Of a stretch of 64,000 bases of DNA, positions 28,705-38,071 are shown piece after piece (the stretch's first letter is position 1; every line of letters begins with the position of its first letter). A program made the translations under genes and the position numbers. This stretch comes from Dehalococcoidia bacterium (GTDB lineage: Bacteria; Chloroflexota; Dehalococcoidia; UBA2979): assembly GCA_963667465.2 (NCBI GenBank), contig CAXXDN010000001.1:608001-672000 (forward strand), given 5' to 3'. The notes below the pieces were generated by a model. The model was not told where the DNA came from. It ran no database searches and worked only from the letters and a program-made list of their open reading frames with translations.

Positions 28705-28871
28705 CCAGCACCTCCCCGAGGTCGCCGCCGGTCCGCGCCGCGCATCCTACCACCAGCGGCCCGGCGCGGCGGAGCATCGCAGCGTGCGGTACGGTGCGCG
28801 CGACGGGGATGGGAGTGGCCTGTGATGTTCGCCAGCAGCGACAGCGCCGTGAGCGCGACGGGACGCCGTTG

Positions 28872-29978
28872 ATGGCCGCCCCGCGCGCGCTCTCGCCGGC
28901 TGCGCGCGAGTCCGTCGAGGCTGTCGCGCGCGCTCATCTCGAGCAGGGGCTGCATGCCGCCTCGCAGCTCGCGGTCTACCGCGACGGCGAGCTGCAGATC
29001 GACCTGCGGCTCGGGGCTGCCGTGCAGCCCTCGGCGCGCATGGTCTGGTTCTCCGCCACCAAGCCGCTGGGGGCCGTCGCCGCGCTGATGATGGTCGAGC
29101 GTCTCGCCTTCGACCTTGATCAGCCGATCGCGGCGGCCTGGCCGCAGTTCGGGGAGGGCGGCAAGGCGGCCTGCACGCTGCGGCACGTGCTCACCCACCG
29201 CGGCGGCTTTCCCGTCTTCCCGGTCGACTTCGACTGGGCGGCGATGGACGACTGGAGCGCGGTTACCGCCGCGACCGCGGAGATCGAGGCCGAGTGGCCG
29301 CCCGGCACGGCCACCGGCTATCACCCCGTCACCTACGGCTTCGCGATCGGCGAGCTGGTGCGCCGCCTCGATGGGCGTGAGCCGCGCCAGTTTCTCGCCG
29401 ACGAGATCATCGGACCACTCGGCATGGACGCCTCGCTCGGCGTGCCGGAGGAAGAGCTCGGCAACGTCGTGCCGCTCGAGGCGATGTCCGAGGTCACGCT
29501 GCTCGATCCCGAGGGCCGCGAGGGCCGTACCTCGGACATCGTGAACCGCTTCAACGACCCGCCGCTCTTGCGCGGCCAGCTCCTCGCCGCGAACGGGATT
29601 GGGACTGCGGAGTCGCTGGCGCGCTTCTACGACTGCCTGCTGCAGGGCGGCGCGCGCGAGGGCGTGCGCCTGCTCCAGCCCGAGACCGTCGCGCTGGCGA
29701 CGAGCGTGCAGTGGACCACGGAGTACGACCGCACCTTCACGCTGCCCGCCTCGTACGGCCTCGGGTTCATCGCCGGGGGCGTATTCGAGCCCTTCGACGA
29801 GCCGGGCGTGTACGGGCACCCCGGCGCGCAGTCGACCATCGGCTACGCGGATCCGGCGCGCGGGCTGGCCGTCGCCTACCTGACCAACGGGCTGCACGGC
29901 CCGGTCGAGGTGCAGCAGCGCTACCGCGAGGTCGCCGAAGCGCTGATCGCGGCCTGCGCGGCCTCGGACCGCCCCTAG
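28872..29978 (+). CDS. Serine hydrolase (beta-lactamase class C/esterase family)
   Basis: FSATK (SxxK), LTHRGG, GYHP, GHPG. Confidence 0.88.
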   Translation: MAAPRALSPAARESVEAVARAHLEQGLHAASQLAVYRDGELQIDLRLGAAVQPSARMVWFSATKPLGAVAALMMVERLAFDLDQPIAAAWPQFGEGGKAACTLRHVLTHRGGFPVFPVDFDWAAMDDWSAVTAATAEIEAEWPPGTATGYHPVTYGFAIGELVRRLDGREPRQFLADEIIGPLGMDASLGVPEEELGNVVPLEAMSEVTLLDPEGREGRTSDIVNRFNDPPLLRGQLLAANGIGTAESLARFYDCLLQGGAREGVRLLQPETVALATSVQWTTEYDRTFTLPASYGLGFIAGGVFEPFDEPGVYGHPGAQSTIGYADPARGLAVAYLTNGLHGPVEVQQRYREVAEALIAACAASDRP

Positions 29979-30268
29979 CCGCGTCCCCGGCCGCCGCGCG
30001 GGCGGCGGCGTCTGCGGCGGCGCTGTGCGTGCTCCGGGCGCTTCGAGCTCGGCTCGGTGGGCTGGTGCACTATGGGCTCCGGCGCTTTCACGAAGCGGCG
30101 CGTGATCCAGCGCGAGAAGAGGATCGACCAGAAGGCGAACGTCGCGAAGAGGGGGAACGCGATCAGCGTGGAGACCCAGTCGCCGCGGCTCGTCACGAGC
30201 GAGACGAGCGACGCCACGCCGGCGACGACGACGGTCATCACGAGCAGCTGGCGGTCCGGCATTCGCAT
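29975..30268 (-). CDS. Small membrane protein, unknown function
   Basis: Two hydrophobic segments and an Arg-rich tail; fills the gap; start uncertain. Confidence 0.55.
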   Translation of the reverse strand: MRMPDRQLLVMTVVVAGVASLVSLVTSRGDWVSTLIAFPLFATFAFWSILFSRWITRRFVKAPEPIVHQPTEPSSKRPEHAQRRRRRRRPRGGRGRG

Positions 30269-30324
30269 GGTGGCAGTATGCCACCGCCATGGCGGAAATC
30301 GCGCGGATCCCGGGACGTACAATG

Positions 30325-30363
30325 ATTGTCAGGCAGAACTCGGAATTGTCAGGCAGACCTCGG
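30325..30363. repeat. Tandem 19-bp direct repeat ATTGTCAGGCAGA(A/C)CTCGG
   Basis: 30325-30343 and 30345-30363, 18/19 identical, directly after TACAAT. Confidence 0.75.
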
Positions 30364-30392
30364 CACGACGACGCGGTCGGCTATCGGGGGCG

Positions 30393-32111
30393 GTGCGTAC
30401 GGTGCTCAAGCAGGGAGTGCGGCACGTCGCCCCGTGGCTGGCAGCGCCGGTCGCCCTGGCGCTCATCGTGCTGCTGCCCGCCGCCGCCCAGCCGTCGCCC
30501 GTGCATGCCGACGGTGGCGAGGCGCCGGGCGGCTTCGGACACCTCGCGTACTCCCGCGATGCAGCGGTGCATGACGTGCCGGTCGAGCCTGCGATCGCCT
30601 TCTTCACGGACTGCTCGGAGGTGCCCGAGCTGTCGCCGCCGCGCTGCGGCTCGCCGCCCGCGAAGTGGTCGGCGGATTCCAATCCGATCGCGATCTGCAC
30701 CTCGCACACCAACCGTCCGGGCTGGCTCACGGCCACCGCCTTCCGCGACGCGGTCAGGCAGAGCGCGAGCGCCTGGAATCAGGTCGCGGCGGCCGTCGGC
30801 ATTCGCTACACGGGAGACTGTCCCGACGCCGCGTGGGCGGAGGGCAACGGGCGCAACGAGATCGCCTTCGACGACGCGCGCAACATCGTGCGGGGGCCAG
30901 ATGTCGCGCTGACCAGCGCGATCTGGGAGTCCCGCTACGAGGACCAGTCTCGCCGGGTCGTCACCGACCGGGTGTTCCTCGAGGCCGACATCGTGATGGA
31001 CGCGGACCGCGCGGACACGGGCGCCTGCTTCAGATCGACGGTCGTCCACGAGCTGGGGCACATGCTCGGCCTCGGGCACAGCGACGACCCGCGCGATCTG
31101 ATGTACCCCAGCTACAAGCCCGGGGCGCCCGCCTCCTGCCTGCTGCGGCCGGGGCGCGCCGAGATCGAGTTGCTGCGCTCGCTCTATGGCCGTAACGAGG
31201 CGCCCTCGGTCGACGCCGGTCCGGACCAGGCAGTCGGCCTCTTCGAGGAGGTCGTCCTGAGCGCGGCTGCCGGCGATCCGGAGGACGATGCGCTCACCTT
31301 CAAGTGGGTGCAGACCGGCGGTCCGCGGCTGTGGCTGCCGCGCGGAAGCGTGTCGGCCGAGCTCTCGTTCCGGGCTCCGGCCGAGCCGGCGGTCCTGTTC
31401 TTCGAGGTCACCGCCACCGATCGCTACCTGCACAGCGCAACCGACCGCGTGGCGATCGACGTGGCGGCCGTCGGCAGCCGCCCGCGGCGGTTCCCGGTCT
31501 TCGAATCGCACCTCGCGGCGCGCTACGTGCCGGGAGCTCCCGAGGGGACGACGGTGCTCGGCTGGAGCGTCGTGGAGGACGCGCTGCTCTACGAGTTCTG
31601 CTCCTCGCCGGTCGAGGCCACCTTCGCGAGGCTCTGTACACGCAACCTCACGGAGCCGGCGGTCCCGATCACCTGGGAGACGCTGCTCGGGGAGGCGGAC
31701 GAGGCGAGCGACCGCGTGCTGCTGACCGGTGGTTGGCGCACCACGAGCATCCGGGCCTGCAACGCGGGCGGCTGCTCGCGGGTTGCCGAGGGCCCACTCG
31801 CCGGCGGGGTGCGCTGGGACGAGCGGAATATCGACTACGACTTCATCGTGCTGATCTACGACGTATCCGGCGTGCAGTTCACGTTCGCCGCCGCCATCAA
31901 TCTCTCCGGGACGACGCGCCGCTTCGAGTTCGGGAACGGGCCGCCCGAGGATCCCTTCCAGACGACCATGGGCACGTGCAGCAGGCTCGGACGTAACGGG
32001 TTCTGCTACGGCTACCTGGATTTCCGGGTGCGCGATCAGGGGCCCGTGGTCGGGATCCGCAGCACGCGTCCGGGCACACCGGCGATCGAGCACCACATTC
32101 CCGTCCGTTAG
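30393..32111 (+). CDS. Secreted matrixin-family (metzincin) metalloprotease with PKD/K319-like domain
   Basis: Signal peptide, EADI, HELGHMLGLGHS zinc motif, LMYP Met-turn, DAGPDQ..DPEDDALTFKWVQTGG; start uncertain. Confidence 0.8.
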   Translation: MRTVLKQGVRHVAPWLAAPVALALIVLLPAAAQPSPVHADGGEAPGGFGHLAYSRDAAVHDVPVEPAIAFFTDCSEVPELSPPRCGSPPAKWSADSNPIAICTSHTNRPGWLTATAFRDAVRQSASAWNQVAAAVGIRYTGDCPDAAWAEGNGRNEIAFDDARNIVRGPDVALTSAIWESRYEDQSRRVVTDRVFLEADIVMDADRADTGACFRSTVVHELGHMLGLGHSDDPRDLMYPSYKPGAPASCLLRPGRAEIELLRSLYGRNEAPSVDAGPDQAVGLFEEVVLSAAAGDPEDDALTFKWVQTGGPRLWLPRGSVSAELSFRAPAEPAVLFFEVTATDRYLHSATDRVAIDVAAVGSRPRRFPVFESHLAARYVPGAPEGTTVLGWSVVEDALLYEFCSSPVEATFARLCTRNLTEPAVPITWETLLGEADEASDRVLLTGGWRTTSIRACNAGGCSRVAEGPLAGGVRWDERNIDYDFIVLIYDVSGVQFTFAAAINLSGTTRRFEFGNGPPEDPFQTTMGTCSRLGRNGFCYGYLDFRVRDQGPVVGIRSTRPGTPAIEHHIPVR

Positions 32112-32209
32112 CCACTCAAGCAGCCGGGCGCTCCGGGTGCTGTGGACAATTCCGCCGGGCTTGTCGACATATACTTGGTCGAGCGGAGCACCCGGGAGCG
32201 GATCAGCAG

Positions 32210-33583
32210 ATGCCCGAAGATAGCGGAGCGCCCTCCGAGCGCGAGCAGGCAAGCAGTCTGTCCGCGCGCGCGCTGCGCGCGGACAGCGGCCGCTTCGCCT
32301 CGATCGCGCTCTCCGGCGACTTCGATCCGCGCAGCCTCCTGACCGGCCCCGACGCCGCCGAGGTGAGCGCCTGCTACGAGCAGCCGGACCGCGACCTCGT
32401 GCTCGTCGGCGTCGGCGAGGCGGCGTGCGTCTACGCCCCCGCCGGCGGGGGCGCCGAGGCGATTCGCGATGCCGCGCTGCGCCTGCTTCGGGACGCTGCC
32501 GAGCCCGGCGATCGTTCCGGCCCGCTGCGGCCCCGGTTGCTGGGCGGCTTCGCCTTCGATTCATCCGCGCCGGCCGGCGGGCCGTGGGTTGGATTCGACT
32601 ACGGATGGCTGAGTCTCCCCCGGCTGCTCTTCGTGCGCGACGGGGAGGACTGCGGGGTCGTGCTCGCCCCGGGCAGCCACCCCGCCGAGGTTAACTATCT
32701 GATCGAACGCGCCGCACGCGCCGAACCGGACACGCGCGAGCGGCCGGCGACGGCGCTGCGCGTGGTCTGGGACATCAACCGCCCGGCGCTGATGTACGCC
32801 GTGGCCGAGATCGCCGCGGAGGTTCGCGCAGGGCTCTACGAGAAGGCCGTGCTCGCCTCGGTGCGCGAGATCGAGACGGCCGCTGCGATCGACCCCGGAG
32901 CGACGCTCGCGCGGCTGCGGGCGGACTATCCGCACTGCCACCTGTTCAGCTTCCGCCGCGGCGACGCGATCTTCCTCGGGGCCAGCCCGGAGCAGCTGGC
33001 CGGACTGCGCGGCGGCGCCGTCAGCACGCTCGGCCTCGCCGGCTCCGCCCGCCGCGGCCGGACGCCCGAGGAGGATGCGGAGCTTGGCGAGGCGTTGCTG
33101 CGTGACGCCAAGGAGCGGATCGAGCACGAGATCGTCGTGCGCGCCTTGCGCGAGGGCGTCTCCGCCCTCGCCGGCGACCTGGAGGCCCCCAACCGCCCGG
33201 AGCTGCTGCGCCTGCACAACATCCAGCATCTCGCCACCGAGGTGCGGGGGCGCGCCCTCCCGGGGGTCGACATCCTCGACCTGGTCGACCGGCTCCACCC
33301 GACGCCGGCAGTCTGCGGCTGGCCGTCCGCGACCGCCCGCGAGGTGATCGCGCGCCACGAGCGCTTCGATCGCGGCTGGTACGCCGGCCCGGTCGGCTGG
33401 ATGGACGGCGCGGGCGAGGGCGAGTTCGCGGTCGGGCTGCGCTCGGCGCTGGTCCGCGGCCGCCGCGCCTGGCTCTTCTCCGGCGCGGGCGTCACGGGCG
33501 ACTCCACCCCGGAGTCCGAGCTCGCCGAAATCGAGCTCAAGTTCCGCCCGCTCACGAGCGCCCTCGGCGGCGGTGCGATGTGA
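32210..33583 (+). CDS. menF: Isochorismate synthase
   Basis: KAVLA, GASPE, LAGS, KERIEH, LHPTPAV, DRGWYAGPVGW; heads the men cluster. Confidence 0.9.
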   Translation: MPEDSGAPSEREQASSLSARALRADSGRFASIALSGDFDPRSLLTGPDAAEVSACYEQPDRDLVLVGVGEAACVYAPAGGGAEAIRDAALRLLRDAAEPGDRSGPLRPRLLGGFAFDSSAPAGGPWVGFDYGWLSLPRLLFVRDGEDCGVVLAPGSHPAEVNYLIERAARAEPDTRERPATALRVVWDINRPALMYAVAEIAAEVRAGLYEKAVLASVREIETAAAIDPGATLARLRADYPHCHLFSFRRGDAIFLGASPEQLAGLRGGAVSTLGLAGSARRGRTPEEDAELGEALLRDAKERIEHEIVVRALREGVSALAGDLEAPNRPELLRLHNIQHLATEVRGRALPGVDILDLVDRLHPTPAVCGWPSATAREVIARHERFDRGWYAGPVGWMDGAGEGEFAVGLRSALVRGRRAWLFSGAGVTGDSTPESELAEIELKFRPLTSALGGGAM

Positions 33584-35424
33584 GCGCGGCGCCGTCCGTG
33601 AACGCCGCCTACCGCTGCCTCGGCGCGCTCGCGCGGCAGCTGGCCGCCAGCGGCGTGCGCCACGCCGTGATCGCTCCCGGCTCGCGCTCCACGCCGCTCG
33701 CGCTTGCGCTCGACCGGACCGAGGGGCTGCGCAGCTGGCTGCACCTCGACGAGCGGGCGGCCGGCTACTTCGCGCTCGGCCTCGCCCGGCAGTTGCACGA
33801 GCCGGTCGCGATCGTCACCACCTCCGGCACCGCCGCCGCGAACCTCCACCCGGCAATCGCCGAGGCGTCCCTCTCGCGCGTGCCGCTGATCGCGCTCACC
33901 GCCGACCGGCCGCCCGAGCTGCGCGACACGGGCGCGAACCAGACGATCGAGCAGCACGGCCTCTACGGTCGCCACGTGCGCTGGTTCGCCGAGCTGCCAG
34001 TGCCCGATGGCTCGCCCGGCCTCGAGGCCCACGCGCAGCGCAGCGCGGCCCGCGCCGTCGCCGTGGCCGCCGGCCCGCCGGCCGGTCCGGTGCACCTCAA
34101 CGTCCCGCTGCGCGAGCCACTGATCGAGCCGGGCTGGGAGGCTGCCCTCGAGGCCTCGATCGCGCCGCCGGTCGCGGTCTCCGCTCCGCCAACGCGTGAC
34201 GCCTCCGTGGCGGCGGCGCTACTCCTGGAGGCTGCCTCCGGGCGGGACGGGCTGATCTTCTGCGGGCCCGCGAACGGCGACCTGCCCGCGCGCGCGATCA
34301 CCAGGCTGGCGGCGGCGCTCGGCTGGCCGATCCTCGCGGACCCGCTCTCCGGCCTGCGCGCGGGCGCGCACCCGCTCACGCACGTCGTCGAGGCCTACGA
34401 CGCGCTGCTGCGATCGACGCGCTTCGCCTCCGACCCGGGAACCCGGCCCGAGGTTGTGCTGCGCTTCGGCGCGGCCCCGACAACGCGGCCGCTGCTCGAG
34501 TACCTCGCGGGCCTCGAGGGCGTCCCGCAGCTGGCCGTCGACGCCCCCGGCGGCTGGCGCGACGCGGACGCGACCGTCAGTGCGATGCTCTGGGCGGACC
34601 CCGCCGCGCTCTGCGAGGCGGCTGTCGCGGCGCTGTCCGCGCGCCACCCGAGCGCCTTCCGCGGTACCCCCGACGACCCCGCGCGCAGCGCCGCCCGCAG
34701 CGCGCCGGACCGCGCCTTCCCGGAACGCTGGACGAACGCCAACGCCGCCGCCCGCCGCGCGCTCGGCGAGGCGATCGCCGCGCTCGACGAGCCGTTCGAG
34801 GGCATGCCGCCGGGGGCGCTCGCGTCCGCCCTGCCGGATGGCGCGACGCTCGTCGCGGGCAACTCGATGCCCGTCCGCGACCTCGATTCGTTCTTCCCCG
34901 CCAGCTCGCGCCGCATCCGCATCGTCGGCACGCGCGGGGCCTCGGGTATCGACGGCGTGGTTTCGGCGGCGGTCGGGGCCGCGGCGGCGGGCGAGGGGCC
35001 GGTTGCCGTGCTGGTCGGCGATCTCTCGTTCCTGCACGACCTCAACGGCCTCTGGCCGCTGCGCGCACACGGTCTCTCGCTGCTCGTCGTCCTGGTCAAC
35101 AACGACGGCGGGGGCATCTTCCACTTCCTGCCGCAGCGCGAGCAGGCCAGCGCGCAGTTCGAGGACTGGTTCGGCACGCCGCACGGCCTCGACTTCGAGG
35201 GCGCGATCGGCGCCTTCGGCGGCCGCCTGCTGCGGCCAGCCCTCGGCGAGTGGCGCGAGGCGATCGGCGGGGCGCTCGCCGCGCCCGGACTGACCGTGCT
35301 CGAGCTGCGCACCGAGCGCGACCGCAACGTCGAGCTGCATCGCGAGGTCTGGGCGCGCGTCGACGGCGCGCTGCGCGAGTTGGATCTCGACGCCGCGCCG
35401 GCGACATCCGCCCCCGCACGCTGA
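33580..35424 (+). CDS. menD: SEPHCHC synthase
   Basis: PGSRSTPL, DER, TSGTA, TADRP, GNSMPVRD, RGASGIDG, GDLSFLHD, NNDGGGIF. Confidence 0.95.
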   Translation: MSAAPSVNAAYRCLGALARQLAASGVRHAVIAPGSRSTPLALALDRTEGLRSWLHLDERAAGYFALGLARQLHEPVAIVTTSGTAAANLHPAIAEASLSRVPLIALTADRPPELRDTGANQTIEQHGLYGRHVRWFAELPVPDGSPGLEAHAQRSAARAVAVAAGPPAGPVHLNVPLREPLIEPGWEAALEASIAPPVAVSAPPTRDASVAAALLLEAASGRDGLIFCGPANGDLPARAITRLAAALGWPILADPLSGLRAGAHPLTHVVEAYDALLRSTRFASDPGTRPEVVLRFGAAPTTRPLLEYLAGLEGVPQLAVDAPGGWRDADATVSAMLWADPAALCEAAVAALSARHPSAFRGTPDDPARSAARSAPDRAFPERWTNANAAARRALGEAIAALDEPFEGMPPGALASALPDGATLVAGNSMPVRDLDSFFPASSRRIRIVGTRGASGIDGVVSAAVGAAAAGEGPVAVLVGDLSFLHDLNGLWPLRAHGLSLLVVLVNNDGGGIFHFLPQREQASAQFEDWFGTPHGLDFEGAIGAFGGRLLRPALGEWREAIGGALAAPGLTVLELRTERDRNVELHREVWARVDGALRELDLDAAPATSAPAR

Positions 35425-36260
35425 TGGGCGGCGCAACGACCGTCGAGATCGACGGTCTCTCGTTCCACGTCACCAGCGAGGGCGCTGGCCCCCCGATCGT
35501 GCTGCTGCACGGCTTCACCGGCTCCGCCGGCGCCTGGCGCGCCCTGACCGGCCGCCTCGCGCGCGAGTACCGCACGATCGCCCCGGACCTCGTGGGCCAC
35601 GCCCGCTCCGCGGCTCCCGAGGCGGTCGAGCGCTACGCGATCCGCCGCGCCGCCGCCGACCTCGTGGCGCTGTTGCGTACGCTTGGCCACGAGCGCGCCG
35701 CCTGGCTCGGCTACTCGCTCGGCGGGCGGGTCGCGCTGCAGGTCGCCGCGGACCACCCGCGGGCCGTCGCCGCGCTGCTGCTCGAGGGCGCCTCGCCCGG
35801 TATCGCGGACGACGCGGAGCGGGAGGCGCGGCGCGCCTCCGACGCCGCACTCGCCGAGCGCATCGAGCGCGCCGGCGTCGAGGCTTTTGTCGACGAGTGG
35901 GAGCGAGTCCCGCTGTTCGCCTCGCAGCGCGACATGCCGGAGCAGGCGCGCGCCGCCGTCCGCGCCACGCGGCTGGCGCAGCGCGCGCGCGGCCTCGCGA
36001 ACTCGCTGCGCGGGATGGGCGTGGGGGTGCAGGCGCCGCTGCACGAGCGGCTGCCGTCGATCGATGCCCCGGCGCTGTTGCTTGCCGGTTCGCTCGACGA
36101 GAAGTACGTCGCGATCGCCGGGGATATGGCGCGCACGCTGCCGGACGCTACGATTGGCGTGATCGAGGGCGCCGGTCATGCCGCGCACCTCGAACGGCCC
36201 GGGGCGTTCGCGCAGCTGGTCGAGGACTACCTGGGCCGCGAGTACCCGCCCACGGGTTAA
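35424..36260 (+). CDS. menH: SHCHC synthase
   Basis: LHGFTG, GYSLGGR, LEGASPG, GHAAHLE. Confidence 0.9.
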   Translation: MGGATTVEIDGLSFHVTSEGAGPPIVLLHGFTGSAGAWRALTGRLAREYRTIAPDLVGHARSAAPEAVERYAIRRAAADLVALLRTLGHERAAWLGYSLGGRVALQVAADHPRAVAALLLEGASPGIADDAEREARRASDAALAERIERAGVEAFVDEWERVPLFASQRDMPEQARAAVRATRLAQRARGLANSLRGMGVGVQAPLHERLPSIDAPALLLAGSLDEKYVAIAGDMARTLPDATIGVIEGAGHAAHLERPGAFAQLVEDYLGREYPPTG

Positions 36261-36284
36261 CGGGATGTAGCGCAGGGGGAAGCG

Positions 36285-37127
36285 ATGAGCGAGGCAGACG
36301 GCGCGGCCGGCGCGGTCGAGTGGCAGCAGGCCGGCGACTACACGGACATTCTCTACGAGACCTCGGGCGGCATCGCCAGGATCACGATCAATCGCCCGGA
36401 GGTGCATAACGCCTTCCGGCCGCAGACGGTCGACGAGCTGCTCGGTGCGTTCATGGAGGCGCACCACGACGCCGCGATCGGCGTGGTGCTCTTCACCGGC
36501 GCGGGCACACGCGCCTTCTGCTCCGGCGGCGACCAGCGCGTGCGCGGCGAAGGCGGCTACGTCGGCGACGACGGCGTGCCGCGCCTGAACGTGCTGCCGC
36601 TCCAGCGCTACATCCGCTCGATGCCGAAGCCGGTGATCGCCCTCGTCAACGGCTACGCGATCGGCGGCGGCCACGTGCTGCACGTGATCTGCGACCTCTC
36701 GATCGCCTCGGAGACGGCGATCTTCGGGCAGACCGGCCCGCGCGTCGGCTCCTTCGACGCCGGCCTCGGCGCGACGCAGCTGGCGCGCATCGTCGGGCAC
36801 AAGAAGGCGCGCGAGATCTGGTTCCTCTGCCGCCAGTACAGCGCGCAGCAGGCGCTCGACATGGGCCTCGTCAACGAGGTCGTCCCGCCCGGGGAGCTGG
36901 AGGCCGAGGGCGTGCGCTGGGCGAACGAGATCCTGGAGCTGAGTCCGACCGCGCTGCGCTTCCTCAAGATGTCCTTCCTCGCCGACACGGACGGCCTCGC
37001 CGGCATCCAGCAACTCGCCGGCGATGCGACCTCGCTCTTCTACATGTCCGACGAGGGCAAGGAGGGCAAGAACGCCTTCCTCGAGAAGCGCCAGCCGGAC
37101 TTCTCGAAGTTCCCCCGCCTCCCCTGA
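36285..37127 (+). CDS. menB: 1,4-dihydroxy-2-naphthoyl-CoA synthase
   Basis: [33 protein letters not shown]. Confidence 0.97.
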   Translation: MSEADGAAGAVEWQQAGDYTDILYETSGGIARITINRPEVHNAFRPQTVDELLGAFMEAHHDAAIGVVLFTGAGTRAFCSGGDQRVRGEGGYVGDDGVPRLNVLPLQRYIRSMPKPVIALVNGYAIGGGHVLHVICDLSIASETAIFGQTGPRVGSFDAGLGATQLARIVGHKKAREIWFLCRQYSAQQALDMGLVNEVVPPGELEAEGVRWANEILELSPTALRFLKMSFLADTDGLAGIQQLAGDATSLFYMSDEGKEGKNAFLEKRQPDFSKFPRLP

Positions 37128-37143
37128 GCGGCGGAGCCCCGGT

Positions 37144-38061
37144 GTGAGCGGCGAGGCGGCGCGCGTGAAGCCATCAGACGGCGCCCCGTCCGGCCTCAAG
37201 GTCTGGGTGCTGGCGGCGCGCCTGCCGACGCTGACGGCGGCGATCGCACCCGTCGCCGTCGGCACGGGCGTCGCCGTGCACGACGATCGCTTCAGCCTCG
37301 GCCCCGCGCTCGCCGCGCTGCTCGGCGCGCTCGCGATCCAGGTCGGCGCGAACCTCGCGAACGACGTCTCCGACTTCCGCCGCGGCGCGGACACGGCGGA
37401 GCGGATCGGCCCGCCGCGCGTCACCCAGCTCGGGCTGCTCAGCCAGCGCCAGGTGCTGACCGCGATGTGGGTGGCCTTCGCGGTCGCGGCGCTGACCGGC
37501 GTCTACCTCATGGCCGTCGCGGGCTGGCCCGTGATCGCCGCCGGAGTCGCCTCGATCCTCGCGGCGATCGCCTACACGGGCGGGCCGTGGCCGTTCGGCT
37601 ATCGCGGACTGGGCGAGGTCTTCACCTTCGTCTTCTTCGGCCTCGTCGCCGTCTGCGGCACCTACTACGTGCAGGCGGAGCTGCTCACCTTCGAGGTGCT
37701 GGCGGCGGCCGTGCCCGTCGGGTTCACCGTCTCCGCGATCCTGATCGTGAACAACGTGCGCGACATCGAGACGGACGCCGTCGCGGGCAAGCGCACGCTC
37801 GCCGTGATGCTCGGGCGGCGGCTCGCGCGCTGGCAGTTCGGCGTCACGCTCGCCCTCGCCTGGCTGACGGCGCTGGCGCTCTGGCCGATCGGCTTCGGCC
37901 CGCAGGCGCTGCTCGCGCTGCTCGCGCTGCCGCTCGCGATCGGCCCGCTGCGCGCCGTGCTGCGCAGCGAGGACGGCCCGACGCTCAACACCGCGCTGCG
38001 CGCCACCGCACGGCTGCACCTCGCCCTCGGCCTGCTGATCGCCATCGGCGCGGCGCTGTAG
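37144..38061 (+). CDS. menA: DHNA polyprenyltransferase
   Basis: ARLPTL, NLANDVSD, YTGGP, GLGE, NNVRDIETD...KRTLAV. Confidence 0.93.
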   Translation: MSGEAARVKPSDGAPSGLKVWVLAARLPTLTAAIAPVAVGTGVAVHDDRFSLGPALAALLGALAIQVGANLANDVSDFRRGADTAERIGPPRVTQLGLLSQRQVLTAMWVAFAVAALTGVYLMAVAGWPVIAAGVASILAAIAYTGGPWPFGYRGLGEVFTFVFFGLVAVCGTYYVQAELLTFEVLAAAVPVGFTVSAILIVNNVRDIETDAVAGKRTLAVMLGRRLARWQFGVTLALAWLTALALWPIGFGPQALLALLALPLAIGPLRAVLRSEDGPTLNTALRATARLHLALGLLIAIGAAL

Positions 38062-38071
38062 GGTTGGCGGC

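Noticed and set aside
32141-32149. TGTGGACAA (reverse complement TTGTCCACA), a DnaA-box-like site before menF
   Set aside because: Single copy, no AT-rich unwinding element or dnaA; not an origin, possibly chance
34395-37424. 1009-aa minus-strand ORF, and similar long ORFs such as 23655-25931, 30381-32564, 16011-17915, 53404-55104
   Set aside because: Antisense shadows of motif-supported genes, expected at this GC content; Arg/Ala/Pro-rich with no family motifs
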